From: Chrysomallon squamiferum
Lineage: Eukaryota; Animalia; Mollusca
Reading direction: 5' to 3'
Assembly: GCA_012295275.1 (NCBI GenBank)
Contig: CM022670.1
Span: 4,960,001-5,024,000, forward strand
DNA length: 64,000 nt
The translations under genes were made by a program, and so were the position numbers. Numbering within the stretch: the stretch's first letter is position 1; each line of letters starts with the position of its first letter. This document shows, one piece after another, positions 58,268 through 64,000 of the stretch. The notes beneath the pieces are model-generated. The model worked only from the letters and a program-made list of their open reading frames with translations. It was not told where the DNA came from and made no database searches.

Positions 58268-58306
<39 letters not shown>

Positions 58307-61300
58307 TGAAGAAGAAAAAGGGTCATCCACTTAGTTTCACAGACAATTTGTTTGGGTTTTTTGTCTGTTTTTAAGATGCCATGAATGCAAGATTACATAC
58401 CAATTTTTTGAACAGATAAAAATATAAAAATAATAATAATAAATTACAAAATTAAAATTAGAATCAGGATTGACAGTTGATTTCAGTATTAGACATTTTA
58501 TATCAGATAACATTTTTGATATTCAGTAATATCAATTATTTCATATCATACAAAATCCTTAATTTTATTTGGTTTATTAAACATATTTGTATCTTTTTCT
58601 TCCCTCTTGTTACATCATAATTGTTAATTTTATTGGGGTTGTTTATTTTTGTATTTGTATAAAGTACGAGGTGTTGTGTAAGTCGCTGAATAATACCAAG
58701 TTTATCATTGGCCATTGTATGTTACGAGTTTCTCTTCACTTTACTGCATCATTTTAAATTGTTATTAATTCATAAAAAAATCAAATATTCTGTAACTTGA
58801 GTGCAATAAAGTTAAATGAGATATATCATCTAATTGTATCTCAGATTACTTGATGTTTACTTTTTTTTTTTAAATAAATATGCAGCATATTATTAAATAT
58901 TTAAAGATTTTTTGAAATTGCCATTCTTTTTTAAAACTGAGACATTTCTGTTTCTTACTTTATTTTATTGCATAAATTCAGACATTTGACTTTATATTTT
59001 TATTTTGAAAATGAAATAAGATTTTGAATTGTTTCTATGCATACCCTGACATGAAACAGAATTTTATGAACGACAGCAAAGATGAGTTAACTTCTTGTTT
59101 ATTTTAATGTGTGCTTTTAGAATGCAACAACATTTTTTTCTTTTCTTTCTTATAGCAGATAATTTTAAAAATGGAGAAAATATGCATAAAAACTTTTAAA
59201 AAAAATCTCTGACATCTGGATTTTAATTTTTTTTATTGGTGTGTGAGAGGCTTAATTTTAATCAAAATGCAATTGTGATAACGTTTAATACATTAGGAGA
59301 GCATTGCAGATTGCCTTAACTTTCCTAAAATAAAAAATTATGTATGTATTTGTGAAAGAAGGCATAATAAAAACATTGAATGTTGTTATATGTCAATATA
59401 TACATTCATACTATTAAATACTGAAAAATTGTTTGTTCCAACATTTTGTTATGCATTCATTTGTATGGTTATTTTTTATTTATCAGCATCATGCTTGAAA
59501 TTTGTAAAATGAAGTATCCATTACAAATACCTGTTTAACAACACCTCCACATGTAATTATATTCAGTTGTTAGTATGAAGATTATTCCTTCTTCTTGTTT
59601 CTTTTTTGTTGTAAAATTGATTTCAAAGACAAAAATATTTGATTTGGTTTTTATTCAACCATTGAATATAGTCCACTTGGAAATGGGCTGGACATTTTTA
59701 AAATATACAAGTTTTTTCCCGTGTTTTTTTTAATTTTTTTTTAAATTTATTATTTTTTAACAATGTAAATTTTCTGGGGGTTTTTCTTGTGGTTTTTTTT
59801 TTTTTTTTTTTTTGGAGCAGTGCATAACATTACTATAAATTTTAATGTTTTTCTTTTTAACACTTGGTTTTGGTAAAACTAATATTTGTTCTTTGTAAAT
59901 TATTATCTTGCAAAAAATAATTATTGCTTTGTTGCTGCTATTGTCGTTAGCATTTATGTTATAGCTGCTAGTAGTTGTGTGTTCTATTATGCACTATATC
60001 TGTACAGCCAGTGTGTTTCATTTGTGTGGGCTTGAAAATATTTATGCTTTGTGATGTCTGAAGCTTTTACTTTTTAATTTGTGTATAATGTGTATATTTA
60101 TTTAATATTGGTTTTACTTTTTCTTCATCAAATTGTTTGACATTGTTCAATTCAACAGGTAGTTTAAGTTTGCAATCAAATCATTTTATATAGATATATA
60201 TATCTATTTATACACATAAACACATTTGATCTCCAAAAAGAAAAATGTTAAAGCAATTTCTGATACGCATCCAAATCATGTCAGTGTTTCAATTTAATGT
60301 TAGAATTACTATTTGTTTGTTACTGGAAGTTGAGTATTAATTTCAGAAAAGATGTAATACTTTGATATATACCACAAAGCAAGTTTCATTTTATCACATA
60401 GGACTAGGTTGGTTATAGATATAGGACTTAAGAAATCATGTCAAATCTCATTTTACATTTTATATGCATGGATTTTATTGGAGTTCATATTAATTGTAAT
60501 TTAAAAGAAACTATACATATAAAAAGTTTGATCTGGTCAGAAAACATTTTATGTGATATTCAAAGCACAAAAATGATTGCCCTTTATTTATCATTGTCTC
60601 TTTTTTTTTTTAAATATATATTGAATTATTTCCTCTTTTATTATTCTTTTTTTTTTATTGAATAATTGATATTTATTTTATTACTATTTTAATTTTTATT
60701 TAAAATGTTTTAAAACTGCTCTTGTATGATCTCATATTTGTTGGTATTTATTCAGCTAGTTTATGTTGGAAGTACACTAACAACTGGAGAATAAAAATAA
60801 AAAGATGTTTTATTACCAGTGTACATATAAATATCAAAATCATTATTATTTTTTTTCCCTGCCACAAACATTTATGTTTAGAAAACTTTTTTAGTGGGAT
60901 ATAATTTAGTGGGGCATGTATATATTTCAAGTGGATGTAAAAAAAAAAGAAAAATTAATTTATTTCATTATTTAAAATTTACTGCCAGCATCAGCATCAT
61001 CATCATCATCATTGTTATTATTGTTATTATTATTATTTTATTGTGAAATGTAGCTGTAAATTGTGTAAATTTTTGTTGTATATATTGAAGTTGTCAGAAT
61101 GTGCCTTTTTCTGTGGAGTTACAAGAATTATTCATTGAATGCACTTTGAAAACATTTATTTTATAATTTTGTAAATTTTGACACCAAATAAAAATTGCTT
61201 TGACCACTTCCAAAGATGAAAGAAAATGTAATGCCATTCCAAAATGTAAAATTTGTTTCAGTAGAATGCTTTTGAACATTTTCTTGTGTCAAATGTTTAA

Positions 61301-63135
61301 TTTTGATAATGACCAAAATAGAAATTAATAAATCATTCAATTGTTAGAACATACTTTTTACATAATTTTTGTAATGTTTTAGATTTGACTAACAAAAATG
61401 GTGAACAAATTGTTATTTACATTTGTTTTTCAAATTTATATTTATTTTTTGTAACATTCATGTCAAAAGATTTAATCTGTTCTGTATAATAATGATCGAA
61501 ATTAACTGTTTCAAATACAAACCATTGTTAATAACAAGTTTGTCATTACTGCCGCAATTTATGGCACCTATTTCATACATAGTTGTGATGTCAGAACATT
61601 AACGCAGAAATTCAATTTAATTTCATGCATGTGCACGCACACGTACACGTGTGTGTTAGTGTACAAGTATGAATTTATACAAGAGTTTTGCCATGTGTTT
61701 ACTCAGATATTAAATGTGTGTAAGAAAGAGTGGCTAAATTATTAACAGCAGCAGCAGAGATAACTTAGATAGAAATAATTGTTTTGGTGCTATTATTAAT
61801 GCATAATTTTTCTTTTTGTTTTTAAGAAATAATTTACTTTTAGTGCTGTTTCCTGAAAATATAGCATTGCACTGCATACCACTATTAATTTGTTTTTATT
61901 GTTATTAAATAAATAAATGAATAATAATTGAGGGAATTTGTTTCTTTGAAATAAAAGCATGCTAGTGGATGCCCGTAATAATGGTAAAATTCTTTCAAAA
62001 TAACCTACATCATGCACAGTAATGTGTGATGCAGCAAGCAGTTTCTGTGAGCTCAAGTGAAATTTTCTTTTTTAAATTCTTGTTAGAGGTTTTATGTTCA
62101 CATTATTACCTTTGCCACATAAAATAATCATTTAAATGTTTTTAAAAATATTAGTTACAGAGTGGATTACAAAATGTTAAGTTTTTGAGTCGATTTTATG
62201 TGTTACGTGAATTAGTCCGAAATAAAAATCTAATAACGCCTTTATTTTTAAATTGATATTAGAGTTTGGTTGCACATCCTATTTCCAAACCTTCAGTCAA
62301 AGATTATCCTTAGTGTTGGTGTTATGGTTTAGTTGCATATCATATCTTCATATCTAAAGTCAGATATCATTTTTTTTTAATGTTAGTGTTTTCAAGTTGT
62401 TGGTGCACACCTGTTTTCGTACCTTGAGTAATTATTGTTTTAACTCATTTTACTTGACAATGGTCGTGCAGATAAGTTATATGTGCTTTATTTTATTATT
62501 ATTTTTTAATATCTAATCGTTTTTAGAATTACTACTACCCTCCTTTGTTTATTTTTTTTTTCTATAGAGGTGACTAATTAGAGCTTGTAGATGTTGTTTT
62601 TTAAAAATAAAGTTAAATTTAATGTTATATTTCTTTGTTTTGTTTATTTTAGAACGTGTGTGTGTGTAACACTGTATTAATCAAACTGATGCAAAGATTC
62701 AGTCAAGTAGATAACCATACTATAACCATGAAAATATAACTTTTCAGTAATTATTATTGCATATATTTTCAACATTAATGTAATTTTGACATTTTCATTC
62801 TAATAATAATAATAATAATATATATATATACATATCAATTGATTTGAAAAAAGTAGGTAAATATCTGATGAGGAAAAAAAGGATTTTGGAGAATATATGT
62901 GAATAAATGAATAAACATTTGTAAAAATATGCAATTTTTATTAAATAAAAAATGTTTTGGAAAGTCTTTGATATGTAGTTTGCTGAAGCAAAAATCATAT
63001 GATATTTGATATGCCTATGAAAATATTGACTGGAATGTGAAAAGCTTAATGAACCAAAATGAGGTGAATTGGTTTTGTAGTTCACTGGTACTCAGATGAG
63101 TTAACTATAAGTTAAGATTTAGCTTTATCTGTAGT

Positions 63136-63185
<50 letters not shown>

Positions 63186-63879
63186 GTGATTTTGTGCATT
63201 GGAAATCTGATTTTAAAAATTCATTTTGTTACAATTAAATTCATTATGTTGTGAAATTACATCTGAAAAAACTTCATACATTTCAACACACTTGCATCAC
63301 GTTACACTGAACAACTTAAAATCGTTATATTTCTGGAAATTATTTCACAAACAGAACAGCAAACTATTATTAATATCATCATCATCATCATTATGAAAAA
63401 ATTACAAAAGAAAGAAAAAGTTTACTTTTAAAATTTAATTTTAGTCTAGCGAAAGACACAAAAACTTCTGACGCAATCGATTGTCTAAACAAAGCGAATA
63501 GGATAAATACAAATTAAAAAGGACAGCAATTTCAATGAAAAAGAAAGAAAAAGAAAAGGTCCATACATCAGAACGAAAACAATAATAAAATGACGATATC
63601 TTTGACATTAATTACGTATGACAACAAACGTAAGAAATATTAATATATTTATTTTTTTGTCATGAAAAATTCAGAAAGGGAAACCCAAAAACAGGTGTTT
63701 TCTATATTTAGATTATGGGATTACATCCCTTGTTCTTGACGTCATCGGCATCTTTATATGGTACTAGTGAAACAACTACATACAAGCAATGTTATTCACA
63801 CTCCGTTAATTAATTAAGTATGAAAACAAATAATTATTTAATTTATTTATTTGTTCCTCCACACATTATTTATTTACCA

Positions 63880-63926
<47 letters not shown>

Positions 63927-64000
63927 GTAACAACAACAACAACAAACTTCAGTGCAACTATTACATATAATTTGATGTTAAGTTTATTAACGCTAAAGCA

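Noticed and set aside
56650-64000. Short ORFs in the AT-rich right end
   Set aside because: Low-complexity F/I/L/K composition, no exon chain or recognisable motifs.

Overview
AT-rich, microsatellite-dense animal genomic DNA, most likely a lophotrochozoan or mollusc (inferred from gene content, not proven). Almost all entries in the ORF track are microsatellite artefacts; the real genes are multi-exon and were assembled by hand from GT-AG sites with phase checks. Seven genes: (1,2) a head-to-head pair of secreted precursors (signal peptide, acidic propeptide, basic cleavage site, short 8-Cys peptide, Hedgehog-type Hog autoprocessing domain), one running off the left edge; (3,4) a tail-to-tail pair of single-pass membrane proteins with a Cys-containing DUF7042/7044-like ectodomain, a conserved 9-nt microexon and, in one copy, alternative TM/tail exons; (5) a CNBD2-like two-cNMP-domain gene on the minus strand; (6) a chloride-dependent GH13 alpha-amylase with an extra C-terminal domain of the Pseudoalteromonas AmyH type; (7) ANKRD10-like with a duplicated, probably mutually exclusive ankyrin exon. 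The best candidate for an undescribed system is the Cys-peptide-Hog pair: divergent cargo peptides on one Cys scaffold, one Hint exon homogenised between copies, and Lys in place of the Asp that Hedgehog uses for cholesterol transfer.
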